From IMG/VR virus record IMGVR_UViG_3300008110_000034, positions 32,001 to 96,000 of that record: a DNA stretch of 64,000 nt, one strand, 5' to 3'. The stretch is from a virus. The position numbers were made by a program, and so were the translations under genes. Below, in pieces: positions 1-9,187 of this stretch; position 1 is the stretch's first letter; every line of letters starts with the position of its first letter. The notes below the pieces were generated by a model that did not search any database, had not been told where the DNA came from, and was given only the letters and a program-made list of their open reading frames with translations.

Positions 1-51
1 GCTATACTTGGTATAACCAATAATCTTCCTAAAGACTAATAAGAAGGTTGT

Positions 52-97
52 TCCAGCCATAAATGGATCTGTTGGTATTTGCGAGCCGAAAATCGCA
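52..97 (+). promoter_or_regulatory. Tandem RNA hairpins with near-identical 8-nt loops in the DNA polymerase leader; putative translational operator
   Basis: TCCA-GCCATAAA-TGGA (52-67) and TGCGA-GCCGAAAA-TCGCA (80-97). The second ends 1 nt before the SD AGGAGA (99-104). Confidence 0.5.
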
Positions 98-109
98 TAG
101 GAGATATAT

Positions 110-2779
110 TTGTACGTAGACGCTTATTTTGATAGAGATTCTGATGTCATCAAAATAGTAGAAAGAAACAACAAGGGAAAAAGAGAATTTAAAGATTTTC
201 CAGTTCGTTATACTTTTTACTATCCCGATCCTCGTGGTAAATTTACAAGCATTTACGGAGACCCGCTGTCTCGCGTAGTTTGTAGAAATTCAAAAGATTT
301 CCGTAAGGAAATGGCTATCCACAGTAATAAAAAACTTTATGAAGCAGACATCAATCCAGTATTTGTATGTCTTAGTGAGAACTACCTTAATCAAGATGCA
401 CCAAAACTAAACATTGCATTCTTTGACATCGAGGTAGACTTCGACCCTGAAAGAGGATACAGTACTCCGGAAGATGCTTTTATGCCTATTACGGCAATCA
501 CTGTATACTTAAAATGGCTTAATCAATTAATCACTTTAGCTATTCCACCTAAAACTTTAAAAATAGATCAAGCTAGAGATCTTATTAAAGACGTACCTGA
601 TACACATCTTTTTGAAAACGAAGGAGATATGTTAGAAACATTTCTTGATCTTATCGAAGATGCAGACATTTTAAGTGGATGGAACAGTGAAGGATATGAT
701 ATTCCTTATACTGTTAATCGTGTTACTCGTGTACTAAGTAAGGAAGATACTAAAAGATTCTGTCTGTTCGGACAGTATCCTAAAAAACGAGAATACGAAA
801 AATACGGTAAATCTGCCGTGACCTATGATCTGATAGGGAGAGTTCATTTAGACAGTCTTGAACTTTATAGAAAATACACCTATGAAGAAAGGCATTCTTA
901 TAGACTTGATGCTATTGGAGAAATGGAAGTCGGTGAAACCAAGACTGTTTATGAAGGTACCTTAGATCAATTATACAACAATGACTTTCATAAATTTATT
1001 GTCTATAACAGACAAGACGTAGCACTACTGAATAAACTAGACAATAAACTAAAATTTATAGATCTAGCCAACACACTTGCACATGAATGTACTGTGTTAC
1101 TGCAGACTACTATGGGTGCAGTAGCAGTTACAGAGCAGGCTATCATTAATGAAGCACATCAACGTGGCTTTCAGGTGCCTAATAGACCAAGGCGTGATGA
1201 AGATGAAGATACACAAGCAGCAGGTGCTTATGTTGCATATCCTAAAGAAGGCTTGCAAGACTGGGTTGGTTCATTAGATATTAACAGTCTTTATCCTAGT
1301 GCTATTAGAGCATTAAACATGGGTCCGGAAACTATTGTTGGACAACTAAGGCCTGTATATACAGAAACATACGTCCATGAACAAATGACTCTTAAAAAGA
1401 AATCATTTGCAGCAGCATGGGAAGGCATGTTTGGTAGTTTAGAATTTGAATCTGTAATTAAAAAAGACAAAGCGACGGCTATCACTATTGACTTTGAAAA
1501 CGGTGAAGAAGTTGTCATGAGTGGTGCAGAAATTTATAAATTAATCTACGACAGTAATCAACCGTGGATGATGTCTGCAAATGGAACTATTTTTACCTAT
1601 GAAAAAGAAGGTATTATTCCAGGTTTGTTAAAGCGTTGGTATGCAGAACGTAAAGAAATGCAGGCTAAACTTAAAGAGTGTATAAATGCTAGTAACAAAA
1701 TTGAAGAGGAATATTGGGATAAGCGACAGTTGGTTAAGAAGATTAATCTTAATAGTTTGTATGGTGCTATTCTTAATCCTGGCTGTAGGTTTTTCGATAA
1801 AAGAATCGGTCAATCAACGACGCTTACCGGACGGCAAATTGCCAAACACATGGCAAGTAAAGTCAACGAAATAATTACTGGAGAATACGATCATGTTGGA
1901 AAAGCTATTATCTACGGCGATACTGATAGCTGTTATTTTTCTGCTTATCGGTCGCTTAAAAAAGATATCGACTCGGGCGCGATCCCGTGGACCAAAGAAA
2001 CAGTAGTACAGCTTTACGATCAGATTGGCCAAGAGGTAAACAATACATTTGCCGGATTTATGGAAAATACATTTCATTGTCCTAAATCCAGAGGCGAAGT
2101 AATTAAAGCTGGTCGAGAAATTGTTGGTTCAAAAGCATTGTTCATTACTAAGAAACGTTATGCAGTATTGTATTACGATAAAGAAGGCAAGCGCACAGAC
2201 ACAGATGGAAAGCCTGGTAAGATTAAGGCCATGGGTCTGGATCTTAAACGTAGCGATACGCCAGAATTTATTCAGAACTTTCTGAGCGATGTACTTGAAA
2301 AAGTATTAACAGGTGCCAATGAAGAACAAGTGCTAGAGCATATTTCTAAATTTAGGACTGAATTTAAATCTCGTCCTGGTTGGGAAAAAGGTAGTCCAAA
2401 ACGTGCTAACAATATTACTGACTATGAAGCTAAAGAAAAGCGGCAGGGTAAAGCTAATATGCCTGGACATGTTCGTGCAAGCATAAATTGGAATACGCTA
2501 AAGCGTATGTACGATGACAAATATTCTATGCAGATTGTCGACGGAATGAAAGTCATTGTATGCAAATTAAAAGAAAATCCATTAGGGTTTACATCAGTAG
2601 CTTATCCTACAGATGAACTACGATTGCCTAAGTGGTTCCAGGAGCTGCCATTTGATCATTTAGAAATGGAAGCAACTATTATAGATAACAAGCTAGAAAA
2701 CTTAATCGGGGTCCTAAATTGGGATGTTCGATCAACTGAACAAAATAATACGTTTAACAATTTATTTGATTTTAGTTGA
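110..2779 (+). CDS. polB: Family B DNA polymerase (T4 gp43-like)
   Basis: Exonuclease motifs FFDIEVD, GWNSEGYDIPY and YNRQD; polymerase motifs SLDINSLYPS, KINLNSLYG and YGDTDS. TTG start with SD AGGAGA. C-terminal LFDF clamp-binding-like tail. Confidence 0.97.
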   Translation: MYVDAYFDRDSDVIKIVERNNKGKREFKDFPVRYTFYYPDPRGKFTSIYGDPLSRVVCRNSKDFRKEMAIHSNKKLYEADINPVFVCLSENYLNQDAPKLNIAFFDIEVDFDPERGYSTPEDAFMPITAITVYLKWLNQLITLAIPPKTLKIDQARDLIKDVPDTHLFENEGDMLETFLDLIEDADILSGWNSEGYDIPYTVNRVTRVLSKEDTKRFCLFGQYPKKREYEKYGKSAVTYDLIGRVHLDSLELYRKYTYEERHSYRLDAIGEMEVGETKTVYEGTLDQLYNNDFHKFIVYNRQDVALLNKLDNKLKFIDLANTLAHECTVLLQTTMGAVAVTEQAIINEAHQRGFQVPNRPRRDEDEDTQAAGAYVAYPKEGLQDWVGSLDINSLYPSAIRALNMGPETIVGQLRPVYTETYVHEQMTLKKKSFAAAWEGMFGSLEFESVIKKDKATAITIDFENGEEVVMSGAEIYKLIYDSNQPWMMSANGTIFTYEKEGIIPGLLKRWYAERKEMQAKLKECINASNKIEEEYWDKRQLVKKINLNSLYGAILNPGCRFFDKRIGQSTTLTGRQIAKHMASKVNEIITGEYDHVGKAIIYGDTDSCYFSAYRSLKKDIDSGAIPWTKETVVQLYDQIGQEVNNTFAGFMENTFHCPKSRGEVIKAGREIVGSKALFITKKRYAVLYYDKEGKRTDTDGKPGKIKAMGLDLKRSDTPEFIQNFLSDVLEKVLTGANEEQVLEHISKFRTEFKSRPGWEKGSPKRANNITDYEAKEKRQGKANMPGHVRASINWNTLKRMYDDKYSMQIVDGMKVIVCKLKENPLGFTSVAYPTDELRLPKWFQELPFDHLEMEATIIDNKLENLIGVLNWDVRSTEQNNTFNNLFDFS

Positions 2780-2784
2780 AAATT

Positions 2785-2791
2785 CTAAATA
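2785..2791 (+). promoter_or_regulatory. Putative T4-like late promoter (TAAATA)
   Basis: CTAAATA in the short gap upstream of the clamp gene. The same hexamer recurs in several other intergenic gaps. Confidence 0.4.
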
Positions 2792-2812
2792 CAATCAGAA
2801 AAGGAAAATAAA

Positions 2813-3544
2813 ATGAAAGATATTTTAACAGACATCGTAGCACATACACATAGCCTGTCTATTTTACCTTTGGTAAAAATTACAGGAACTGAGACTGAGA
2901 CTGCCATTGAAGCAATGGCTGAAGATAGATCAGTTATACTCTCTGCAAAATCACATGAGCCGGTTGAAGAGTTCCAAGGAGTTTTTGGAATGCCTAATCT
3001 TGATAAACTAAAACTTCACTTAAACTATGAGGAATACAAAGAAGATGCTAAAATCGAATTAACTAGAGCTGTGCGTAATGGCGAAGAAATTCCAACAGGC
3101 ATTCACTTTGAAAATACAACTGGTGACTTTAAAAACGATTATCGTTTTATGAACGCCGACATTATTAACGAAAAACTTAAAACAGTTAAATTCAAAGGGG
3201 CCAATTGGGATGTTAGTATTGAACCGAGCATTAGTTCAATTCAAAGACTAAAGTATCAAGCTCAAGCACATAGTGAAGAGTCGACTTTCCAAGTAAAAAC
3301 TGAAAACAACAATTTAGTGTTATTCTTTGGTGATGCAGGCACTCACGCAGGAAGCTTTGTATTCCAATCAGATATAGAAAGTAAACTAAAACAGACATGG
3401 GCATGGCCAGTGTCGCAAGTGTTAAGTATTTTAAATCTAAGCGGAGACAAAAAACTGATGATTAGCGATGCTGGAGCTATGATGATCAGTGTAGACAGTG
3501 GTCTGGTAAACTACAACTACATTCTCCCAGCACAGACAAAATAA
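2813..3544 (+). CDS. DNA sliding clamp (gp45/PCNA-like)
   Basis: 243 aa, directly after polB, rich in predicted beta-strand, ends YNYILPAQ like the C-terminal strand of PCNA/gp45. SD AAGGA. Confidence 0.7.
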   Translation: MKDILTDIVAHTHSLSILPLVKITGTETETAIEAMAEDRSVILSAKSHEPVEEFQGVFGMPNLDKLKLHLNYEEYKEDAKIELTRAVRNGEEIPTGIHFENTTGDFKNDYRFMNADIINEKLKTVKFKGANWDVSIEPSISSIQRLKYQAQAHSEESTFQVKTENNNLVLFFGDAGTHAGSFVFQSDIESKLKQTWAWPVSQVLSILNLSGDKKLMISDAGAMMISVDSGLVNYNYILPAQTK

Positions 3545-3553
3545 GGGATAACG

Positions 3554-3817
3554 ATGACATTCGTATTAAACTATGTTAAAGATCATATTCCTCAAATGGA
3601 AATGATTGGAGTAGTAATGCGTATTATAAGTTTTACATTAGTATCATGGTTAGGGCCAGCAAGTCCTTTTATGTTTGTTTGGATTTTTAACACTATAGAT
3701 GCTGTACTTTTAACGTATTGTGCAACTATAAAGAAAGACAAAGCATATACACTTTTAAATGGATTTTGGATCATAGTTGGTCTAATTGGAATTGCTAGGG
3801 CAGGAGGATTGTTATGA
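3554..3817 (+). CDS. Small membrane protein (about 3 TM helices)
   Basis: 87 aa with hydrophobic segments such as LLNGFWIIVGLIGIA; coupled to its neighbours. Confidence 0.7.
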   Translation: MTFVLNYVKDHIPQMEMIGVVMRIISFTLVSWLGPASPFMFVWIFNTIDAVLLTYCATIKKDKAYTLLNGFWIIVGLIGIARAGGLL

Positions 3818-4272
3818 GTGGAATGAGAGAAAAAGATCAAGCAGATTTTGATTTAGAGACATTTGTGGACTTATTTGATACAGCGATGAGTTCAGATAAT
3901 CCAGCAGTACAACGTGCATTAAAGAATCTGATTCTTATTAGTGCTATGGTTAATGCGCAAAATGATCCTAGTGGTTTGACTAAAGGACCACTACGTAGAG
4001 TAGTCGAAGATATGAGACATCTAAGTAGAAGAATAGAGCAACTGGAAAGTGCAGGCGCATATAGATCTACATATACTACAAAAACTACTACAGGTACTGG
4101 AACTCCATACACGCCTAATCAGACTCAGTGGCCTAATGTATTGCCTGGAACTATTCCCCCTGGAACTATAATTGGTGGGCAAAGTATCAGTGGTGGTCCT
4201 AGTAATCTAGCAGCAACTAGTCAAATAGATGTTAAAGTAGGCAATTTATTAGATAAGTTAGAATTAAAATGA
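3814..4272 (+). CDS. Hypothetical protein with T/G/P-rich low-complexity C-half
   Basis: ATGA overlaps with both neighbours; 152 aa. Confidence 0.7.
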   Translation: MSGMREKDQADFDLETFVDLFDTAMSSDNPAVQRALKNLILISAMVNAQNDPSGLTKGPLRRVVEDMRHLSRRIEQLESAGAYRSTYTTKTTTGTGTPYTPNQTQWPNVLPGTIPPGTIIGGQSISGGPSNLAATSQIDVKVGNLLDKLELK

Positions 4273-5801
4273 ATAAAAATTTAACTGCATCTCAAAACGA
4301 TTATGCATATTTTTTGCCGGCAACTAGCGGGTTTTACGCAACCTTTATTGGTAAGCAACGGTACGGAAATTACGTTGACCCTGCACGTATTCCTAAAAGT
4401 TTTGTCAATGGTATAGAAAGTTTAAATTATCTTGAACCAGAAAAAGGATTATTTTATTATGATCACTGTCTGTATTCAGCAGGTCATGCTAACTTAGATC
4501 TTAACAAACAAGACGAAAGTGAAGACATGTTTCGTAATCGTGACCGCAGTACTTCATGGGTACTAGGTGACTCGGGCGGTTTCCAAATTGGTAAAGGTGT
4601 CTGGGAAGCAGATTGGAAAGATCCTAACTGTCCTAAAGCACAAAAGAAACGCAGTCAAGTGTTAAATTGGATGGATACACTTATGGACTACGGTATGTGC
4701 CTTGATATTCCAGCATGGGTCGCTCGTAGTCCGGAAGGACAAAAGGCTACCGGTATTACTACATATGCAGAAGCAGTGCAAGGAACGTATATCAATAATG
4801 ATTACTTCGTAAACAACAGAAATGGTAATTGTAAATTCTTAAATGTTCTGCAAGGCGAAAATCACGCAGATGCCGAAGATTGGTATCAGCGTATGAAAAA
4901 GTATTGTGACCCTAAGCAGTACAGTGACCGTGCATTTAACGGTTGGGCCATGGGCGGTCAAAACATGTGTGATATACATCTAGTTCTAAAAAGAATCAAC
5001 TCTTTAAGATTCGACGGCTTGCTAGAAAAAGATCAACAAGACTGGATGCACTTTTTAGGAACCAGTAAACTAGAATGGGCTACCTTACTAACTGATTTAC
5101 AACGTGCTATAAGAAAACACCATAACGAAAACTTTACTATATCATTTGACTGTGCAAGTCCATTCCTTGCAACCGCAAACGGTCAAATTTATGTTCAAAC
5201 AGAAATCGAAGATAGAACTAAATGGGTATATAGAATGGTTCCGTCAGTTGACGACAAAAAGTATGCCAACGATACTAGACTATTCAAAGACGTAGTGATC
5301 CAAGATGCAGTTTTTGAAAATTTTGAATCTAGTCCAATTATTGATCAATGTAGTATAAAAGATGTATGTATATATGCACCTGGTGATTTAAACAAAATTG
5401 GTAAAGAAGGCAGTACTAGTTGGGATTCATTTAGCTATGCCATTCAAATGGGGCATAATGTTTGGGCGCATATTAATGCTGTACAAGAAGCCAATCGGCA
5501 ATATGATTTGGGGAAAATTCCGTCAATGTTAGTTGACGAACGCTTTGATAGAGTTTATTATAAGGACATTGTTAACGAAATATTTTCTACAAGCGACAAA
5601 GGAAAGTCAGATAAAATCATTGAAGATTATTCCAAATATTGGATGAGTATTATTGGCACTAGAGGAGCAACAGGAAAAAGAACTGTAAACGCTCATACCT
5701 ATGCAGATAAACTATTCGATATTGACGCCAACGTTGCTAATATTAAAATTCCTAAACTAACCGAACCTGTTCAAACAACCTTTGATACATTATTTGAATG
5801 A
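4269..5801 (+). CDS. dpdA: TGT-fold base-exchange enzyme, probably a DpdA-type 7-deazaguanine DNA transglycosylase
   Basis: TGT catalytic motifs in order: GDSGGFQ, MCLDIP, NVLQG, GWAMGG, HFLGTS, SFDCASP, GHN. Lacks the CxCxxC Zn motif of tRNA TGTs. folE, queE and a queD-like gene lie nearby. Confidence 0.75.
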   Translation: MNKNLTASQNDYAYFLPATSGFYATFIGKQRYGNYVDPARIPKSFVNGIESLNYLEPEKGLFYYDHCLYSAGHANLDLNKQDESEDMFRNRDRSTSWVLGDSGGFQIGKGVWEADWKDPNCPKAQKKRSQVLNWMDTLMDYGMCLDIPAWVARSPEGQKATGITTYAEAVQGTYINNDYFVNNRNGNCKFLNVLQGENHADAEDWYQRMKKYCDPKQYSDRAFNGWAMGGQNMCDIHLVLKRINSLRFDGLLEKDQQDWMHFLGTSKLEWATLLTDLQRAIRKHHNENFTISFDCASPFLATANGQIYVQTEIEDRTKWVYRMVPSVDDKKYANDTRLFKDVVIQDAVFENFESSPIIDQCSIKDVCIYAPGDLNKIGKEGSTSWDSFSYAIQMGHNVWAHINAVQEANRQYDLGKIPSMLVDERFDRVYYKDIVNEIFSTSDKGKSDKIIEDYSKYWMSIIGTRGATGKRTVNAHTYADKLFDIDANVANIKIPKLTEPVQTTFDTLFE

Positions 5802-6052
5802 CTTTACCAGACGAAAGATTTCGAGCTGTGCTTAGAACAAGAGAGCTTTTAGTAAACTTGTGTAACCCGCAGCATACTCCCCGAGTTCCTAAAATTATCA
5901 GAGATGAAGCAAGATGGTGTCTACGACACTATCCTGATCATTACGATATGAATAAAACATCTCAAACAAGTCCGGATATTTTTCAAGAAAGAATGGAACC
6001 TGTAACTAAACTTTTTAAACAGTACGAGGAAAGTAAAAATGATCACAATTAA
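5798..6052 (+). CDS. Small phage protein resembling the BPSL0761 family
   Basis: MTLPDERFRAV...EARWCLRHYP pattern recalled for this family; ATGA overlap. Confidence 0.6.
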   Translation: MTLPDERFRAVLRTRELLVNLCNPQHTPRVPKIIRDEARWCLRHYPDHYDMNKTSQTSPDIFQERMEPVTKLFKQYEESKNDHN

Positions 6053-6554
6053 AGATTTTATGGAAGTTGTTGATTACCGTATCACCGAAGGTAGTCAATA
6101 CATGTGGAAATGCTACGGTTCCGATGCTTATAGATTAGACTCATGGAACGGTGACCACGACGGACATAGTGTTAGTATTGTATTCGATACCAAAACTCAA
6201 GAATTTTATGAAGTTAGTGTATATGATTATAAAAATCAACGTGCCTACAGATTAATTAATCCCAATTATAAATTTGCACACGACGACGAAGCTAGTAGTC
6301 GTGGTGTTGATCTTAATCAAGCATGGGACGATGTTAATTACACTGATTTGGATATTGCTGAAGATTTCTTAGAAAAGGCCGAGGCCATTGTTAATGGACA
6401 ACCTTATGATGAAAGAGTAATGATTGAACTTGACTTACCAGAGAATTTAATGCTAAAATTATACGAGTTAGCACACAAACAAGACATTACACTCAATCAA
6501 TTAGTTGAAAACATTATTAAGTTCGAAATAGAAAATAGAAAAAATGCAGCGTAA
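6039..6554 (+). CDS. Hypothetical protein with C-terminal ribbon-helix-helix-like DNA-binding domain
   Basis: C-terminus VMIELDLPENLMLKLYELAHKQDITLNQLVENII fits the RHH strand-helix-helix pattern. Confidence 0.6.
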   Translation: MITIKDFMEVVDYRITEGSQYMWKCYGSDAYRLDSWNGDHDGHSVSIVFDTKTQEFYEVSVYDYKNQRAYRLINPNYKFAHDDEASSRGVDLNQAWDDVNYTDLDIAEDFLEKAEAIVNGQPYDERVMIELDLPENLMLKLYELAHKQDITLNQLVENIIKFEIENRKNAA

Positions 6555-7086
6555 TTATAAAGACGGTATTAAAAACGATGTAAATTTTTTCATCGGAAAT
6601 GAAGTTGAACACACTCCTGCATTCGGAATGCGTACAATGTTTGTTACTGGAGTACACAACATAGACGATATAGAAAATATCGTTAATGAAGAAAATTCAA
6701 AACTAGATAGATCATATCACATCAAGCATATTTTCTTTGGGGCTAATCATAGTTTCAATCCTCAAACATACGAGGAACATAAATTATGGGAAGAAATGAT
6801 ATTTTATTTCCTCAGAAAAGATTATCTGTGTTCTCTTGATATTCCTATAAATCAAGTAGAGGAATTCCATGAATCAGGTTACTGTGAATATGATAATTTT
6901 ATTCCTCAAATTCGTGTGCCGATTCCATATATAAAACTATGGAACTATAACACAATGGTTAAAATTGATGATAAAGATTTTAAAGCAACTAATCCTGGCG
7001 TATGGTCACACAGTCTACATACGCTAATGAATCGTAACAAATTTACAGACTGGTCGCAATACAATAATGACGAGATCGTTAAATGA
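6544..7086 (+). CDS. Hypothetical protein coupled to the QueD-like gene
   Basis: 180 aa; ATGA overlap with 7083. Confidence 0.75.
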   Translation: MQRNYKDGIKNDVNFFIGNEVEHTPAFGMRTMFVTGVHNIDDIENIVNEENSKLDRSYHIKHIFFGANHSFNPQTYEEHKLWEEMIFYFLRKDYLCSLDIPINQVEEFHESGYCEYDNFIPQIRVPIPYIKLWNYNTMVKIDDKDFKATNPGVWSHSLHTLMNRNKFTDWSQYNNDEIVK

Positions 7087-7478
7087 TTATTAAACAAGAT
7101 GTACGTCCAAATAAAATGATTTGGGTTACCTTTCGTAAGGAAGGGATCCATTGTTACCCGGCAGCAGCCACAGACACTAACCTAGCAACAGGAGATGAAT
7201 ATGATGTATCGTTCCTTGCTCATCCTCACCGTCATATTTTTCACTTTCGTGTGTGGATCAGCGTTACTCATAACGACAGAGATATCGAGTTTATCCAATT
7301 TAAAAGATGGCTTGAAAAATTGTATAATAGCGAACAAGCTGTATTGTCGCTAGATCATAAAAGTTGCGAAATGATGTCAGATGAATTGTATGACATGATT
7401 TCCAATAAGTATCCAGGCAGAGAAGTTTGGATTGAAGTCTCCGAAGATGGAGAAAATGGTAGTTTTATCAAATATTAA
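7083..7478 (+). CDS. QueD-like T-fold protein, DpdL-like variant (candidate CDG decarboxylase)
   Basis: LAHPHRHIF metal-binding motif instead of the QueD CxxxHGH; also SCEM and VSEDGENG; 131 aa. Confidence 0.65.
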   Translation: MIIKQDVRPNKMIWVTFRKEGIHCYPAAATDTNLATGDEYDVSFLAHPHRHIFHFRVWISVTHNDRDIEFIQFKRWLEKLYNSEQAVLSLDHKSCEMMSDELYDMISNKYPGREVWIEVSEDGENGSFIKY

Positions 7479-7500
7479 TAATTAACAACTAAGGAAAAAT

Positions 7501-7740
7501 ATGTCTCAAGAACGTCTTAAAAAATATTTTGTTATGAAACCTGAAGTAACAAAAATTTTCGATGATCTAGAAGCTTATCATAATTTTTGCAGATTCGAAT
7601 TGCTGCCTTTTAATCCGGCAGATCTATATAACAAATCAAGCACTATCTGGAATCAATATCTGCAATCAACTAGACCTCGTAGATGGAAAAACGACAGACC
7701 TGGATCATATAACGGTCATAAAAAACACTATACAAGATAA
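7501..7740 (+). CDS. Hypothetical protein
   Basis: SD AAGGA; 79 aa; TAATG overlap with the next gene. Confidence 0.7.
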   Translation: MSQERLKKYFVMKPEVTKIFDDLEAYHNFCRFELLPFNPADLYNKSSTIWNQYLQSTRPRRWKNDRPGSYNGHKKHYTR

Positions 7741-8837
7741 TGACAGTCTATATAGTAGATCTTGAGGCAGTAGAAACAAGGTATACTGCCCAATGGAAAT
7801 CTCATTTACCTAGTATTTTAAAAAAGAAAGGTTATGATGTTCAAGTTATATCTGGCCCTGAGGATATTCCTAGTGCCACTACTCCTGGCGCCTTCCTTAA
7901 TTTTGGCGGCACTAATGTCTATAAGTCTCGTCAAACTGAAGAGATTAGTAGACTGTTTACTACCGGTAAGATAAAATCATTTGATCACTTTGTGTTTACT
8001 GATGCCTGGCATCCCGGTATCATTAATTTAAAGTATATGAGCAGTCTGCTTAGTGTTCCAATTAAGATACACGCACTATGGCATGCCGGCAGTTATGACC
8101 CTCAGGACTTCTTAGGTCGTCTAATTGGTAACGAACCTTGGGTAAGACATGCCGAGAAGTCATTTTTTTATGCTATTGATTATAATTACTTTGCTACAAA
8201 CTTTCATATTGATATGTTTGTACGCAATTTATTGAACAACGGGCTGACGGAAAATCCATGGCTAGAAGATGATTTGCAGGATGCGTTAAAGGGTGATTGG
8301 CCTAATGTTGTACGCACAGGATGGCCTATGGAATATTTTCATGACATTTTCACACAATATCAAGGAATGCCTAAGCGTGATTTAATTCTCTTTCCTCACA
8401 GACTGGCTCCCGAGAAGCAGGTCAATATTTTTAGAGATTTAAAAGAACTGTTACCACAATATGAATTTGTAATTTGTCAAGAACAAGAATTAACAAAAAA
8501 CGAATATCATAACTTATTAGGCGAAGCTAAGATTGTGTTTAGTGCTAACCTACAAGAAACCCTAGGCATCAGCTGTTATGAAGGATGCGTACTCAATGCT
8601 ATTCCTATGGTTCCAGACAGACTTTCATATACAGAAATGTATTTTGACACATTCAAATATCCTAGCAACTGGACAGATACTTGGGACAATTATTTGGACC
8701 ATAGGCAAATGTTGGTAAAAACAATAATAGATCATATGACTTTTTACGAAACTAGACTGCCAATGTTGCATAAACAAACGGAGGCATTACGTGAGCAATA
8801 CTTCGCAGGAACCAATTTATACAATAACCTTAGATGA
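7740..8837 (+). CDS. GT-B fold glycosyltransferase
   Basis: C-terminal GT-B donor-binding pattern FPHRLAPEKQ...SANLQETLGISCYEG...PMVPDRLSYTEM; N-domain FTDAW/WHAGSYD. Confidence 0.8.
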   Translation: MTVYIVDLEAVETRYTAQWKSHLPSILKKKGYDVQVISGPEDIPSATTPGAFLNFGGTNVYKSRQTEEISRLFTTGKIKSFDHFVFTDAWHPGIINLKYMSSLLSVPIKIHALWHAGSYDPQDFLGRLIGNEPWVRHAEKSFFYAIDYNYFATNFHIDMFVRNLLNNGLTENPWLEDDLQDALKGDWPNVVRTGWPMEYFHDIFTQYQGMPKRDLILFPHRLAPEKQVNIFRDLKELLPQYEFVICQEQELTKNEYHNLLGEAKIVFSANLQETLGISCYEGCVLNAIPMVPDRLSYTEMYFDTFKYPSNWTDTWDNYLDHRQMLVKTIIDHMTFYETRLPMLHKQTEALREQYFAGTNLYNNLR

Positions 8838-9186
8838 ACTTGAGCCGTTAAAGCCCGAGGACATTACTGTTACTTGGGATATGAATAGTCTTCCAAGTTT
8901 GACTACATCAGACATTATAACATTAACAGGTACACCTTATAATTCAGGATCTTATACAATAGGCAATATAGAAACAGTAGATTTATCTGGTATTGATTCT
9001 TTTACTACTTTTAGTAATTTTTATAAAGACGAGTTTGATGGTAGATTTCCAGATTACGAACGTGTTCAAGAAATGTGTAAAGAATATCCTGGACTGGAAA
9101 TCGCATATCGAAAATTTAAAGAAGTTTATAAAATGGTTAAAGAAGATTTTGACGGAAAAGAAAGAGAACGTAAAGGATACAAGTAG
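8791..9186 (+). CDS. Hypothetical protein
   Basis: 131 aa; S/T-rich N-half and a C-terminal helix. Confidence 0.65.
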   Translation: MSNTSQEPIYTITLDELEPLKPEDITVTWDMNSLPSLTTSDIITLTGTPYNSGSYTIGNIETVDLSGIDSFTTFSNFYKDEFDGRFPDYERVQEMCKEYPGLEIAYRKFKEVYKMVKEDFDGKERERKGYK

Positions 9187-9187
9187 T

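Noticed and set aside
4060-4210. ACTACT-type microrepeats
   Set aside because: They simply encode a Thr/Gly/Pro-rich linker and show no regular period.
4269-5801. Reading the TGT-like gene as an ordinary tRNA-guanine transglycosylase
   Set aside because: It has no CxCxxC Zn motif, a divergent pocket, a replication-gene context and a clamp-like tail. DNA is the more likely substrate, though this is not proven.
8993-9187. N-terminal extension of the 8993..9556 ORF, and similar extensions at 9735, 14961, 23351, 39138 and 46048
   Set aside because: They overlap upstream genes or a terminator. Downstream ATGs with SD sites or stop-start overlaps are better starts.
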